DNA of 64,000 nucleotides from Sarea resinae (Eukaryota): the NCBI GenBank assembly GCA_026026165.1, contig JAPEUD010000006.1, positions 124,001 through 188,000 on the forward strand, read 5' to 3'. Below, in pieces: positions 10,828 through 25,252 of the stretch. The position numbers and the translations under genes are program-made. The notes beneath the pieces were generated by a model. The model did not search any database, was not told the DNA's origin, and saw only the letters and a list, made by a program, of their open reading frames with translations. Numbering within the stretch: position 1 is the stretch's first letter; each line of letters starts with the position of its first letter.

Positions 10828-11994
10828 CAGGGGAGACGCGTGGTGCCTTGCAGGTGTTCTTGCATTTCCGCCGTGACCACTTTCGTGCACCGCGGGAGTG
10901 GGACATGGCGAGGGACGTCGAGGTTGCGTATGCCCCCGTCGATGGCTGCTCAAACGGGCAATCCAATCATCTTATCTGTGGGACGGCTCTCATGGATCTA
11001 CTCCGGAGGACGAGTACTCTTACCCGCCGCCCGGAGGGCATGGCGACCTGGATGCCTGTCTTGCCTTCTCGTCTGGGCCATGGAGAGCGTGAGGTTGACG
11101 TGGCCCAGCCGGGCGCCGGCTCTCGAGCTGGGGGGATGTGGCGTCGGTAAGGTACCAAGTACCAAGTACCAAGTACTGCGTACTGCGGCCGTCGCTGACG
11201 ACACCTCGTCTCCACCTGCGCATGGAGCATGGCATTCCATTGTTTCCGGTTTCTGTGTCGGCGCCCAGGGCTCCCCTCATCATGATTGCGAGAAGATGGA
11301 TTCATCATTCATGCGTGCATCAGTACGAGGGATTGTAGTCGTACTGTCCGTCAGGTGAGACTGCCTCGATCATCCGTGCTTGTCTCGTCGTCTACGTAGA
11401 GTAGTACTCCAGAGTAAAGCCACTCTACTCTCGACTCTACGCTCGTCGTGGCCCTGGAGGTCGGGATCGTGATTCCCAGCATGTTCGGTCTGCCGTACTC
11501 CGGATGGGGACTGACCAGAGAATCCCATTCTTCTTTGGTCTCTCGCCGGCTTTCCCATACCCACCTGCTGCTGCTACTCGTACTAGTGTGCCCACCCGCC
11601 GCCCCCACCGCCCCTGCTCGACCCGCTTGTTTGCTCCTTCACACGTATCACCGTGTCGACGTGAACTCATACCGACGATAGTCTTGGCCTAACTCTAACT
11701 CCGCGCGCCAACCAACTTTCTGTTTCCTCTTCACCGTGTGCTGCCCGGTGAGTACTTCACTCGTCTGAAGTACTCACCCTTCTCCGCCGTCTTCCTACCT
11801 GGCCTACCTGCTCTTTTCCCTGTTGTTTTGCTGGTCAGCTTTTGCTTGGCAAATGTCCCTTCATCTCGCGACCGCTGTCTCCGTCTTGTCGATAACATGA
11901 TCTCAGAAGTCTCTCTTACCTAGGCCTAGGACACTGCGTTCTCTTCCTTTGTTCTCACCTCTTTGCTTCCAAAGAGTTCCCTCTATCCACCAAG

Positions 11995-13335
11995 ATGGCT
12001 GCACTGTCGATCCGACGATATGGGCTTTTTGTAGTTCCGGCTCTCTTCCTGGTCCTCTCTTTTGCCTATCTCACCTTCAGAGTCGGGCCTTTTCACCATC
12101 CGTTGACGGGCTCAGATGCCAAAGCCGGACCAGAGAAGCCAGATGGACCCCCACCGCTTCCACGCCACCCCATCTACAAACCTGCCCGTCCTGCGCCGCC
12201 ACCCTATGAAGACAACTTCCCTCTCGCCGTTGCTGCGAAATCACCCGCGGATCTTCCTCCGGTTCCCTCCTGGAATAGGCCACCTCAAACACATGTGCCG
12301 GAAAAGACGCCCTTGCTCATTGGGTTTACTCGCAATTGGCGCGTCTTACAGGAAGCCGTCGTAAGCTACATCACCGCCGGATGGCCACCGGAGGACATCT
12401 ATGTGATTGAGAATACGGGCACCATGGACGCCAACAAACGCGGCCAGCTCAGTCTGCAGAATGCCTTTTACATCGACTACAAGCGTCTGACTGACATCTT
12501 TGGCGTCAATGTCATCTCTACCCCCACGCTTCTCACCTTCTCTCAGCTGCAGAACTTTTACCTGCACGAGGCTATTGAGCGAGGTTGGGGATATTATTTC
12601 TGGAGCCACATGGACGTCGTCGCTCTCCCTGCAGAGGATATCCCGCCGCCTTACAAGTCGCTTTATTTGCGCGCCGTGGACACCCTTCGCCAGACTCTTG
12701 CGCCGGGCTACGCACGGAAAGACGATCGCGAAGGACGGTGGGCCATTCGCTTTTTTGCATATGATCGCCTGGCTCTTGTCAACGCGGCCGCTTTTGCCGA
12801 AGTGGGCGGCTGGGATACCATGATACCATTCTATGGCACGGATTGCGACATGCACGAGCGTTTGAGCATGGCAGGCTTCAAGCAAGAAAACGCCAACGCG
12901 GGATTCGTCTACGATATGGCATCTACCCTCCCCGACCTCGAGGTGCTTTATCGACAGAGGCCGAAAGAATATACGCCCCATTCTGAGAACAAGGACGAAA
13001 AGACTGATGCAGAGCTGGAAAGGCAACCCGGTCACAATGGCTGGGTCGAGGATACCCTGAATAGCTCTGAATGGTGGCGTCTCAAATCCCAGCTCGATAC
13101 CATGCAAGAAGAGAAAAACCACCAAGCGGGTGGCCGCAACTCATGGCAGAGCAAGCAGGCCGGCGGCCAAGGCGAGCCCTATTATCGTGACCCAGACGGC
13201 TTCCAGCAAGGCATTTGGATGACCATCGATTTTGGCCGTGGTGTCCTCGATGAAAAATGGGGACATAAGGGTTGCGATCTTCGAGGCGTCGGACTAAGCC
13301 TCGGTGATGCATGGAGAGTCGAGCATGACTGGTAA
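11995..13335 (+). CDS. Type II membrane GT-A/GT2-like glycosyltransferase (fungal, uncharacterised)
   Basis: N-terminal TM anchor, Pro-rich stem, YFWSHMDVV and VGGWDTMIPFYGTDCDMHERL motifs resembling GT2 GGxD..D. Possible 5'-UTR intron near 11748-11923. Confidence 0.7.
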   Translation: MAALSIRRYGLFVVPALFLVLSFAYLTFRVGPFHHPLTGSDAKAGPEKPDGPPPLPRHPIYKPARPAPPPYEDNFPLAVAAKSPADLPPVPSWNRPPQTHVPEKTPLLIGFTRNWRVLQEAVVSYITAGWPPEDIYVIENTGTMDANKRGQLSLQNAFYIDYKRLTDIFGVNVISTPTLLTFSQLQNFYLHEAIERGWGYYFWSHMDVVALPAEDIPPPYKSLYLRAVDTLRQTLAPGYARKDDREGRWAIRFFAYDRLALVNAAAFAEVGGWDTMIPFYGTDCDMHERLSMAGFKQENANAGFVYDMASTLPDLEVLYRQRPKEYTPHSENKDEKTDAELERQPGHNGWVEDTLNSSEWWRLKSQLDTMQEEKNHQAGGRNSWQSKQAGGQGEPYYRDPDGFQQGIWMTIDFGRGVLDEKWGHKGCDLRGVGLSLGDAWRVEHDW

Positions 13336-13990
13336 GACATTTTTCAAACGTTGAATTTCTCAGCTGACCACATGTTCTAGGGATCGGCCACGGGAAGAGG
13401 AAAAGAAGGGTCATTGAAAATCCTCTTCTCACTTCTGATAATGGATCATTGGCAGATGGCGTCTGGATTTTCAGGGTGATATTCAATTCAACGGCGTTCA
13501 AGCATTGGCTGCGGCGGCATAGATAGCATTTGTTCTTACGAGTTCGATGGGCAAAGCATAATGAGTGGCGTACATCGTTTAATCGATCTGTATCGTTAGA
13601 ATCAAGTCATCGATTGTAAAGTCAACAAACTACTGAGAAGTGGAGATGCAAGCGTGAGGGTCATCTCTTTGTTGACAATTACGGACGAGGTATGCATTTC
13701 GGTTGGCTTAGTCATCAACCCAAAGCTCATGAGCTTTGGGCCAATCAAGACTTGAGCTGGCTATGTCAAGCGACGGAGGGACCATCGCCATCGACGACTT
13801 GCCTCATCATCACACTGGAGAGTCTCGTTACCAGCTCCCACTCCAGGCGGTCCGACGGATCCTGCTTCAAATAATACTCAACCATAGCGCTCGCAGCCTG
13901 CCTGGGCAAGGCTTCTGGGACCACGTGGAACCCCATCGTCGAAGACCTCTCTCCAAGCCATCAGGCAAGACTACGTAGGCAACCGGCATC

Positions 13991-16973
13991 ATGGGTGCTC
14001 GCAAGGACACCCTGTTCCGCTCGTCGGACATGTCCTTGACCCAACTCTACATCGCCAACGAAATTGGTCGTGAAGTTGTCAGTGCCTTGGGGGAACTGGG
14101 AATTGTTCAATTTCGAGATGTAAGCGACCCGCAAAATGCTCTCAAGTCTTGAACCAGTCGACAAAGATGCAACTCTTATACATATACTACGACGGCATAC
14201 GAATGAATGCTCTAGGCTTTCTCAAGCCTGTTAAGGGATTTACTGAATCGAGACATACGACGTCCCATTCATGAATCGCGTCTTTAGGTGCATCAGATGG
14301 CTAATGTCTACGTTATCTGTAGCTCAACTCCGAGACCACAGCATTTCAACGGACCTTTACCCAGGAGATCCGGAGGCTGGACAATGTGGAACGACAGCTA
14401 CGTATGTCGCCAGAGTCCTCTCCCCCTGACCCTTCGCTTATCCGTTTACAGGATATTTCCTCTCTCAGATGGAAAAGGCCTCGATCCCTCTTCGGCCGCT
14501 ACATGAATTCACAAACATTCTGGCCGCTCCGTCGGCGTCTGAAATCGACGAGTTGGCTGAAAGAAGTCAGGGCCTTGAGCAACGGATAGCTTCGTTGAAC
14601 GACAGCTACGAGACGTTGAAGAAGAGGGAGGTTGAGCTGATAGAATGGAGGTGGGTACTGAGAGAAGCTGGTGGCTTTTTCGACAGGGTAGGAACTCTCA
14701 CAAGGAATAACCCAACACTATAAATAACGAGTTCCTAGGCACACGGGCACACTGAGGAGATTCGGCATTCTACCGACAACGACGAGGCACCTTTATTAGA
14801 AGACGTCGAGCAGAATGGCAGAGGCCAGAATGGCGATGCTCAAGGCGAGCCTTCGTTTTCGATGATGAACATCGGTTTCGTTTCAGGCGTCATTCCCCGC
14901 GAGCGTATCGCAGCGTTTGAGCGGATTCTGTGGAGAACTCTTCGTGGTAATCTCTACATGAACCAGTCAGAAATCTCGGAGCCGATCACGAACCCCGAAA
15001 ACAACGAGAAGGTCAGCAAGAACGTCTTCGTTATTTTCGCCCATGGAAAGGAGATCCTCGCCAAAATCAGGAAGATATCGGAATCCCTCGGTGCGGACTT
15101 GTACAGTGTGGACGAGAATACCGACCTCCGGAGGGACCAGATCAACGAGGTGAACACGCGCCTCGAAGATCTCGCCAGCGTGCTGCGGAACACCAAACAG
15201 ACTCTCGATGCAGAGCTGACCCAGATAGCTCGAAGTTTGGCCATCTGGATGGTGATCATCAAAAAAGAGAAAGCCGTCTATCAGACTCTAAATCGATTTT
15301 CCTATGACCAGGCCCGGAAAACACTGATCGCGGAGGCTTGGTGTCCCACAAATTCGCTACCGCTCATCAAGTCGACACTCCAGGACGTTAATGACCGAGC
15401 GGGTCTATCCGTGCCCACCATCGTCAATCAAATCAAGACATCAAAGACTCCGCCAACATACAACAAGATCAACAAGTTCACAGAAGGATTTCAGACTATC
15501 ATTGACGCATACGGTACGGCAAAGTATACCGAAGTCAATCCTGGACTCCCCACCATCGTTACATTTCCCTTTTTGTTCGCCGTCATGTTTGGAGATTTTG
15601 GACATGGGTTCATTATGGCCGCGGCAGCAACGGCCATGATCTACTACGAGAGGACGCTACAGAAGAAGAAGCTAGACGAGTTATTCTCCATGGCATTCTT
15701 CGGACGGTATATTATGCTCATGATGGGCATCTTCTCAATGTACACGGGTCTGATCTACAACGATGCCTTCTCGAAGCCTTTCAATCTTTTCCCTAGCGCC
15801 TGGGAGTGGCCGAAGGATTTCAAGGAGGGTGATGCCATCGAAGCTCAACTCAAGGGTAGCTACCGATACCCCTTTGGGATAGATTGGATCTGGCACGATA
15901 CCGAGAACGATCTTCTGTTCTCCAACAGCTACAAGATGAAGCTGAGTATCTTGCTCGGATGGGCACATGTAAGTTTTGATTAATTGATTGGTGTTTTTTG
16001 CTGATGAATACTCAGATGACGTACTCGCTGTGTCTTGCATACATCAATGCACGCCACTTCAAGACACCCATCGATATCTGGGGCAATTTCCTCCCGGGCA
16101 TGGTCTTCTTCCAGTCCATCTTCGGCTATCTCGTTTTCACCGTGGTCTTCAAATGGTCCATTGATTGGATCAAGATCGGCGCGTCGCCTCCTAGTCTGCT
16201 GAACATGCTCATCTACATGTTCCTGTCCCCGGGAACGGTCGAGGAGCCGCTTTATCGAGGCCAAGCCGCCGTCCAGGTGATTCTGGTACTCATCGCTGTC
16301 GCCTGCGTCCCCATTCTGCTTCTGCTCAAACCGTTGTACCTTCGATGGGAGCATAACCGCGCTCGAGCGTTGGGATACCGAGGTATTGGAGAGAATACTC
16401 GAGTCAGTGCTCTCGACGAAGACGACGAGGGCGGGCAGGGAATGAACGGTGGCGGACGAGAGAGCATGGGCAGTGATGGCGAGGGCATCGCCATGATTAC
16501 GCAGGATATTGGAGACGAAGAGCATGAAGAGTTTGAATTTGGCGAGATCATGATCCATCAAGTAATCCACACCATTGGTACGTCTTGCCTTTGCTTTGCC
16601 ATATTTCTGTCATACTGACACGCGTTCAGAATTCTGCCTCAACTGTGTCTCACACACGGCCTCGTACCTGCGTCTGTGGGCGCTCTCGCTCGCGCATCAG
16701 CAGCTCTCGATCGTGCTGTGGAACATGACGATCGGGATCGCGTTCGGCATGGGCGGCGGCGCCGTCGGCGTCATCGCCGTCTTCGCCCTCTTCTTCCTCT
16801 GGTTCTTCCTGACGGTCGCCATCCTGTGCGTCATGGAGGGCACGAGCGCCATGTTGCACTCGCTGCGGCTGCACTGGGTCGAGGCCATGAGCAAGCATTT
16901 CCTGGGTGACGGCGTGCCGTTTGAGCCCTTGAGCTTCAAGCTGCTGCTCGAGGAGGAGGCCGCCGACCTGTGA
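13991..16973 (+). CDS. VPH1: V-type H+-ATPase V0 subunit a; exons 13991-14119, 14323-14401, 14452-14687, 14739-15968, 16016-16577, 16630-16973
   Basis: [10 protein letters not shown]-terminus; [39 protein letters not shown] (essential Arg); [10 protein letters not shown]; canonical introns restore the frame. Confidence 0.97.
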
Positions 16974-17416
16974 TTTTTTTTCTTTTTCCTTTCAAGAGTT
17001 GAGCTCGTGATGCAGTCGGCTGGGTGGTGGTGGTGGTATGTATGGCATGGATGGTGGTGGTGGATGTGTGAACAGGTACGTGTACGTATATAGACAGAAT
17101 CGAGGATTACTTCAGTACTCTTGGATCTGTAAGGGATCGGTGAAGGATGCGGACGGAAGTGATCCGGATCTAGAATTGTAATCTATCCGGTAACTGTAAT
17201 CTGTAATTAATCGGTATGGTTTCGTCTCCATCTCCGTCTCCGTACCGTGGTGTCATGAGTGTGGCTATCCATGAATGCCATGAGCGTCATAAATGCCATG
17301 GTTGTGAATGTCATGAATGTCATGCTGCCCCTCTCGCCGTCGCTGTCGCTATTACCGTTGCTGTGCCCATTACAATGTACCCATTCCATTGTACCCAATC
17401 CATTGCACGCACGCAC

Positions 17417-17467
17417 GGATGGATGCATGGGTAGATGGATGCATGGGTAGATGGATGCATGGATGCA
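17417..17467. repeat. 16-nt tandem repeat (TGGATGCATGGGTAGA)-like within a microsatellite-rich spacer
   Basis: Read directly from sequence. Confidence 0.8.
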
Positions 17468-17750
17468 GAGGTCATCTTGATCCTGGCGATGATATGAAGT
17501 TGTCTGATATAGTATGGTATCTCATCTATCTCATTAACTCATCCATCTCATCCATCTCATCCGGTCCATCAAGCCAAGCCAAGCCAAGCCATCCAAGCCC
17601 TCTCAGCACTCCCAGCCAAGCCCTCCCAGCCAAGCCGAACAACAACGAAATCCCCAAGCCTAACACCGTAAGCCATACTACGCCATGCCACGCCATACCC
17701 AAGCCCAAGTCAGAGAACCAGCCAGCCAACCAGCCAGCCAACTAACTAGC

Positions 17751-20553
17751 TCAACGGCCGCCGCCCGCAGAAGCAGACGCGGACGCGGAAGCGGCGTGCG
17801 AGGAGCCGAGACGGCCGCGTTTGAGACTTTCTTTGCATTCGTCACAGTACCATTTCGCTATAGCGGGTGAGAGATGAAGTTAGCTCTGTGTTGTGCAAAG
17901 GATGGGTTGGTATGGGGATGATGGTATGGCATGGGGATGGTATGGGATGGGATATGTGGGGTGAGACGGGTGGGGTGTCATGTGTGGTAAGAACGGAAGG
18001 AAAAGAACATCTGGTGGGATGAGAATGGAGGGAAAAAGGGGCAAGACAGGCCGACGAGAAAAATGAACATACCGTTCTTGGTCGGCGCCTTGCTGAGCCC
18101 GACACAGGACAGATGGAACCACTCCCTCGGGCAGTCGTCCGCGTCGCACGCCACCATCTCGCCGTACGACACTTGGTTGCAGTAGCAGTAGCGCGGCTCC
18201 GAGTCGTCTTCGTCTTCGTTCTCGTTCTCATTGTCTGAGACACCGACACCGACGACGCCGCCACCGCTACCGCCACCGCCAGTGCCAACGCCGCTACTAA
18301 CAACATCTTCGCCTTTGTTGTTGTTACTGCCGTGGTGTGACGAAGACGTGTGATGGCTGCGCGTCGTCGTCGTAGTGATGGGCGGTGAGTCTGCCGTGTC
18401 GGCCGTGGTGAGCGACGTGGACTTGCTGCTGGTGCTGTTGTTATTGTTTTCGTCGCCGGCGTTGCTATGGGTGGCCGTCGTGCCGGAACCCGTCTGGTGT
18501 GCAGCAGCCGCTGCGGCAGCGGCGGCGGCGGCGACGGCACCGGCGCCCTTTTTGTGTGACCGTTTCGCGGTTGGGGCCGCTGTGGTGGTATTGTTGGATG
18601 TCGACGTTTCCGAGGCGCGCGAGGAGCGGGCGCGCGGCGCAGGCAAGGGGGGATCGGCCACGGGAAAAGACGCAGTGGTAGGAGTAGAGGTTTTGGAATT
18701 CTTGCCGCTGGTCGTATTGTTGGTACCACTGGCGTTCCGGGCAGAGGCAGGTTGGGGTTGGGACGGAGGAGGAGCGGCGGCGCCCGTGTGCTCGACGCCA
18801 GGCATGGCGTCTACGGCGCTTTCGGCATCTTCGACTTTGAGGGAGCTGTCTTCGGGCGTCTTAGGTTTCTTGCCGCTATCACTGCCACTGTTACCGACGA
18901 GGAGAGCGCCCTTGAGTTCGGGCTCGCCAGGGTTGCCATTGCCGGCCGGCTCTTCGATTAGGTGCTCGCCTTTGGCAGTAACAGATTCCTTCATCGAACT
19001 CTTGACGTCTGCGACGCTTCGTCCAGTCAGTCCCGCGACGCTGTTCATGTCTGGCGTGTTTGCTGTGCCGGTAGCATGGGAACTGGTAGGTTTATTCGAC
19101 GCAGCGGGCGATGGCCGATTTCGCGCAGTGGCAACCCCGGCATCCTGCTGGATCGAGTGGGTCGAGTTCTGCCGCGCCCGAGAGGATTGCGGCCGCTGCC
19201 CTGGGCCTGCACCCGGGGCGGGACTGAAGGCCTTGGCGGCCGCAAATGTACTGTGGACTGGCGACGAGGCAAGTGAGGGAGACTGTCCCCCCGATGCATT
19301 TGTGTTGTTTCTAGGTAGATCAATTAGCGTGGATGAAATGCAGGAGAGAAGTTTGCGCACCGTTTCCTCGTTCCCGCGGGCGCTTTTGCTCGTTTCTTCG
19401 GTCCTTCTGCACCTTGAGTCTCTCGTGGGCTGCCCGCGCCACCCTTTCCTCCAACCTGGCCCAAGGCCCCAGCAGATGGCCGCTCTGTCGCTGCGGCTCC
19501 ATTGGCAGCCTTTTCCGTCTTTCGACGCTTAGTCGGAGGGGCTGGCGCTCCATGAGAGATGCCCAGGCCCAAGGCCTTTCCATCCGCAGCGGCCGCGGCT
19601 TCGGCAGCCTTGCGAACCTTGGTAGTACCCGGTGTTTTCTTGTGATGCGATGCGCCCTCCCGGTGTCTGTCGTCGACATCCGAATCATGGTGATGCTTCT
19701 TGTTCCGCATTGCCTCGCGTCGGGATTCGCTGCGCGATGCCGCTTCTCCATCGTGAACGGCCGCTGCGGCAGCCGCTAGACTGTTCGTAGCCGCCACATC
19801 GCGCCGAGATTTCTCATTGTTTGCACCACTGGCTATAGCAGCTAATTTATCGGCGTAGGCCCAGTGCATGAGGCTTCCCTTTTGCGCTTCTTCACTTACT
19901 TCGTTGTCGATGTAGGGAAACGAGCTATCGACGCGTGCGAGCTGCCTGCTGAGGGCCTCAGTAGCCGTAGATATGACGTGGTTCTTCTCATCGAGTGTCA
20001 TGAGCATCTCGGACACGAGGTAGCGGAGATTCAAGAAGAGCTGCCTGCGCGCGAGGTCGGCGTTCTCGTCAAAGGCTTGCGACGGACCCGCGACCGCTTG
20101 TTGAAACGGGTGGCCTCCATTGACAGTAGGCGAGGCAACCCCACTACCGGTCTGACTGTCAGCAGCATTGGTGATCTGTAGTTCTGAAGAAGGCTGCGGC
20201 TTGCGAGGCGGAGCGGGCATCTTCAGCGCCGCCTCCACTAGCTGTCCGAGCGTCTCTTCCGGACCGCAGGCTTTCGCGTCAACCTCCTTGAGTAATGTGA
20301 AATGTCTGATGATCTCTTTCGGTAAGGCGGTGATGGAGTCGGTAAAGTGTGTGATCGCGGGAAAGAAGCCAGGCGCACTGTTGGTGTTGTGGGCGGTGTC
20401 GGGCGCACCACTCAAGGATGCTCGCCCACTGAATGACCGAGAGGCGGCCGACGCACGAGAGGGATTCGTGCGTGCTTGGCGAACCGGCTGACGACGATTT
20501 GATGAGCTCGCCGCTGCTGCATTTGCAGTCGCATTTGTATTTGGAGGCTTCAT
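17751..20553 (-). CDS. PHO23: ING-family PHD-finger chromatin protein (Pho23-like, Rpd3L complex); exons 20553-19361, 19310-18073, 17857-17751
   Basis: N-terminal ING domain ([26 protein letters not shown]); C-terminal PHD finger [42 protein letters not shown] completed by splicing. Pho23 versus other ING paralogues is an inference. Confidence 0.85.
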
Positions 20554-21400
20554 GGTGAAGTCTGCCGCTGTCTGCCGCTCAGTCGCTCGGATTCTGAAGC
20601 TGGAACTGAAAGCTCGGGGATGGACGTGACGGAGGATTGATGGCTCTCGGTCTTTGGCGTCACTGGCGTCCTGGAGATGATCCCATCAAAAGATATGGGA
20701 AAGGGGTGGCGATCAGAATGACCCAATGATCAGCACGAGGAAGAAGGGGAGATGAGCAAAGCCAGGTCAGATCAAGGGGAATGGCGCAGGCTGTTGGTGA
20801 TTTGGAGATCGAAGCAGCTGAGCAGAGCACGAGTAGTGCGTTACCGTACAGATACACAGACCAATACGGTAGACTACGGGAATTGCGCGACACAATCAGC
20901 TCGAGGCGGGCTATGTCATTGTTTGCATTGTTTGCATTATTTGTTCGTCCCTTTAGCGCGAGGTCGCTCGCGTTATCAGAATAATCGAGAATTAGACTCG
21001 AGGAACGAGGCCAAAGGCAAATCAGAGACTGACTATAAATTATGGATCTATTATGAACCTGGAGTAAATTTACTGTGAATAATATATCTATCAAGGCTTC
21101 AGGAATACATAATGGAATTAGCAACTTCCCATTATTATTAGGACTTTCCTCTCTGTCATGAGGTATATTTCAATATCATCAAGAATTTTCAATAGGCTTC
21201 AAGAAGGTCAGTTAAATTCAAATTCAAAGAACGCCCACCACTCCACGGCCCCCAACGCCATTCCGCTAATCTGCAAACACTTTTGTGTATTCCAAACTTG
21301 ACAGTGAGCATTGAAATACTCTGGTCCAAAAGCCCGTCCCAATGAAGCATCATTGAAGGTGGTCATCAGCTCGGTGATCTCGAAGAAGAACTTCAGTGCC

Positions 21401-23579
21401 TCATCTCTTGAACATGTAATGGCCATAAAGTCCACCAACTTCGCCCCAAGCAACCGGGATCTTTCTCATCCCCCACCATAAGGCCCCCATTTTCCACGCC
21501 CTTCGTCCATTATCTGGTGGTCCACTCTTTGAGAACTCTCGGACATACCAAGCCCTCCTCCCCAATTCTCTTACCACCCAGCCTAATTGTTTGCTAGTCG
21601 CAGCGCGCTCGCGCAGCCCTTTGATAACTCTTTCACTAAGCTCCAAGACTTCAAGAGGCTCAGTCATCGAACTAAGCAATACCGAATTGTGTGTGAACAG
21701 GCTGCCTATGGTGATCGAAGCAACTCCAGTCAGGTCAAGATAACGAAGAGCGGACGGCTCCCAGTTCAACTCTTCCTCAGAGATGTCTTCCCCTTTGGCT
21801 GGAGGCGCGGGGACGAAGAGAGCGGTGATGTCGTCCATACTTAGCTCGGAGTAACCCACGCCCAGCTCCTCTAGATGCTTGGTCAATGGTAGGAGAAGTG
21901 GGATATGATTACTCGTTACTCTGGCTCCGTTCAGATTCAAGGATCTTAAAGTGGACGGTAATCTGGGGAGGAGCATTTCAACATCTTCTGATGACAAGAG
22001 CCGATACCGGGATATATCAAATAGAAGATTCAGGTAGAGCAAGCTGTCCTTGACCGCCGGATGAGTCGTAAGGAATTCGACCACTCCTTCTCCGGAAAGA
22101 TGCGTGCATTTGCCCAAGTTCAGGTGCGTTAATCGAGCTCTTTCGGGAATAGATACGAGCGCCCTATCCGTGACCCGCGTATGATACAAGTCAAGATGAG
22201 TAACATAAGCGAGCCTTGGGAGAAATGTCTCTAACATTGTCGAGGATAAGCTGCTGCACTCATGCAGACTAATACGCCTAATGGTGATAGGAGATGGTAG
22301 TGTTTGATTATCGAGCTTTATGACCGACGAAAACGCTTGCTGAAATGTGTTCGAAGAGCAGGCGCAAAAGTCGATGGCCTGGAGGGTGGGAAGGTCACAA
22401 AATAGCTTCTGAATTATGCTTTCGTCTAGGTCGTCCTCGATATGCTCCTGAACGAGAAATTCTCGCAGATGCGTGGTAAGATCGAGACATTTGAGAAGCG
22501 TAGCTGCAGTGACATTCTGAATCTCTAGATTCATTTGACGTGTCCGGCCAAGCCCCACCGAAGTGAAATGGGAAAAGTCGAGGCGTTTCACCACGGTACC
22601 AAGGGAGGGATACCTGTAAAGATGCTCGAGGAATTTCGAGAATATTTGTGAATGGGGAATAATGATGCGACTATATAATGTCGCGATGGTGGCTGCGTGG
22701 AGAGTTCGTGAAGTCAACAGAGTCGACATGAGGTCGATGTTTCGAGGTGTATAGCCATTAGGAGGAAGATCAATCCCCAGGAGAGATATGATGTAATCTA
22801 CAAACGTTATTACTGGAGCGATAGGGAAAGAAAGAGAGAGAGAGCGGCAGATTTCCAGACATGTCTCCGAGAACGAGACAATGGTACAGATGAACTAGAT
22901 GGACGAATACTGGATCACGTACCTAAAATTTCTGGAGGCAACCTTTCCAACGCAGATTGGCTTGGTGGGTATTGCTCAACCGTTTCCTTTTTCTCGGGAT
23001 TCTCAAGCATCTCGGGGTTTGAACGGACAACGTTAGGCGTCTCCCAGCCCCAACCTTGCCCTATATTGCCGCCAAGGAATCTGAGATCGGAAGAGCTCTT
23101 GCTCATACGTTTCCCACCCAATCTGATCTGCTTCCAACCTTTGAAGCCGCCGCAGGGACAACAAAAGTTTGGGGACTCTATGCCCCCAATAGAGCCTTGA
23201 GTGTGCATGGCGTCGTGAGTTGGCTCGACCGACTGCATCGAATCAATAAAGGACTGAGGTACGCCTGCCAGATCGGAAGGATCAGCTTCCATTATTGTCA
23301 ATCTAAGCAAGGAAAAAGGTCATCCATTGAAGATTACAAATCCTTCTACCTACTGCAGCTTTCTTCTTTTACTGAAGAGAACGACCCGCGAGCGTCTGTG
23401 CGAGGAGTTCCGATGGGTGAGGGTGATGCACTTCGTGAAGCCTGAGGACTCGACCCGAGAGCCATGGCCAACGCTTTATGTGGAGCGGTCATTGAGGGAT
23501 TCCGCGCCTCCCTTGAGGCCGAAGAGTTCCTCGCGACGTTGGGTGTGGATGATTCATCAAAGCTTCCTGCGTGATCCAT
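21401..23579 (-). CDS. F-box/leucine-rich-repeat protein (yeast Ylr352w/Lug1-like); three exons, last 22797-21401
   Basis: F-box-like start LERLPPEIL|DYII; RNI-like LRRs (LTHLNLGKC, LRSLNLNG); C-terminal WGMRKIPV..GGLYGHYMFK; GT-AG introns at about 23352-23267 and 22922-22798. Confidence 0.8.
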
Positions 23580-25252
23580 TGCGCCAATTGACACATCAGT
23601 CGATCAGGGCCCAAGTCTAGTGGTTGCAGTACTCTAGTATGTGACGAGCGAGCTGTCTTGGTTTCCGTGACAAGGTTACCCCGCAAACAAACAAGACTTC
23701 AACGGCTTCTTAGGGCTGGTTTGGCCCAGTAGAGTACGGGAATGGTTGTCGAGAATGAATAATAGAAATCCAGGATCCTCATTACACAACTTTCAGTGTG
23801 GATGGTGACGATTCGGACTCCGCCAATGATATGATAAAATAGAGGCCTTGCATTGGAAGTGGTATGTCGTCAGAATGGATGAACTAGAGCAATCAATCCG
23901 CTCCACATGGACACCGAACCTACAGATAATTACTGGAGAATCCGGGCTCTTGCTGGAGACACGTCGAAGGGTCATCAACGTAGGAAGTTTTTTAGAAGAC
24001 GGCCCAGAGGAGATATGACAATGACAGTGTCTGCCAGCTCATTCGTATTCGGGCTCTGCATTCTGTACGTATAATACGCAGTACATCGATGAATCTTTTC
24101 CGCGGCATCCAAGTCCGACCGTCAGACCGATCGAAGAGTCAGAGGGCTCGCGCCGTGAAGGTCCGGAATTCTATGGCGTAATAGCGTCCCAAGCGTGAGC
24201 GGCGAAGTGCGCACGTGGACCGCAGAGTGATGACGGGATGGATTGGATGGATTGGATGGATTGGATGTATCCTTGGCGCATCGAAATGTATATACTGGGC
24301 GGGGAAGAGTCGGAGATCAATGGATGTTCCCCAAATACAGTAGACTATGCACCGATTGTCTAGATTCTACTATGTAGGTAGAAGATGATGAAGATGATGA
24401 AGATAGGACCGATGCTACGAATTAAGCTTCAATTTAGAGCGACCAGGCTTGTAAGGCGCTGATCGGCACATCAGGTTTTGCGGTTGTTGTGTTCCACGGC
24501 TTAAGTCTTAGGTGCAGCATTGAGTGCGGCACTGGGGCATTCTTGGGGAAAAAGCAAGTACTCCGTATGTATGGGTCGTGTAACGGCGCGACCGAGGATC
24601 AGACGAGATCCAGGATGCAACGATGGATATCTTATCGCTACAACGTGGGAAACGAGACGCTCGGAAGCGTGCTGATAAGGAGAAGGTCAAGCCCCTTCAG
24701 GAACCTTGAAGTCTTTCCTCATCATCGGTCCGCTTGCCAACAGTCCCGTCCGTACCGCTCTGGATAAGGTCCTAGGTAGCAATGGAGCAATGGATAGCAG
24801 AGATGCCCCAGCTGGTTCTCTTTGCGATCATGCAAGAACGCGACGTTCAAAACCCTCGGGTTCCTCAACTTCATATTGTTCTTGCCATCTTGAATATCGA
24901 TGCTTACTTTGCAGACCCTTGTCGGCGTCCCACACCGTGCCGACTGCCAAGAGCTCGGCGTGCTCTGATCAGGCAATCCACAGGACGCAACACACTGCAA
25001 GCCAAGACTCTGCTCTCCCCTCTCATTTGCTCGCCCGTCTCGCAGTAACGGCGTACAGCGAAGTAGTCGACTGTGCTGCCAAGCCTTCTCCTTGACTATT
25101 CCTATTCGTGAGATCGCTCCGGGAGGTAGGCAAGGAAAGGCAAGGTAGGTAGGTCAGGAAGGTAGGGAAGGCAAGGTAGGTATGCGTATGCACTCCAATA
25201 TCATCACCAGAGATACTCTCTTTCGGTCGTCGACTCGTAAGAAACAACCACC

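Noticed and set aside
10673..11923. Many overlapping short ORFs upstream of the glycosyltransferase-like gene
   Set aside because: No recognisable domains; contain simple repeats; likely promoter and 5'-UTR.
14120..14322. Longer VPH1 intron 1 as a snoRNA host
   Set aside because: No convincing C/D or H/ACA architecture by eye; needs an Infernal/Rfam scan.
18375..19532. 385-aa plus-strand ORF
   Set aside because: Antisense shadow of the GC-rich, low-complexity PHO23-like exons; no independent motif.
24489..25095. Short ORFs upstream of the MFS transporter
   Set aside because: No recognisable homology or consistent coding frame.
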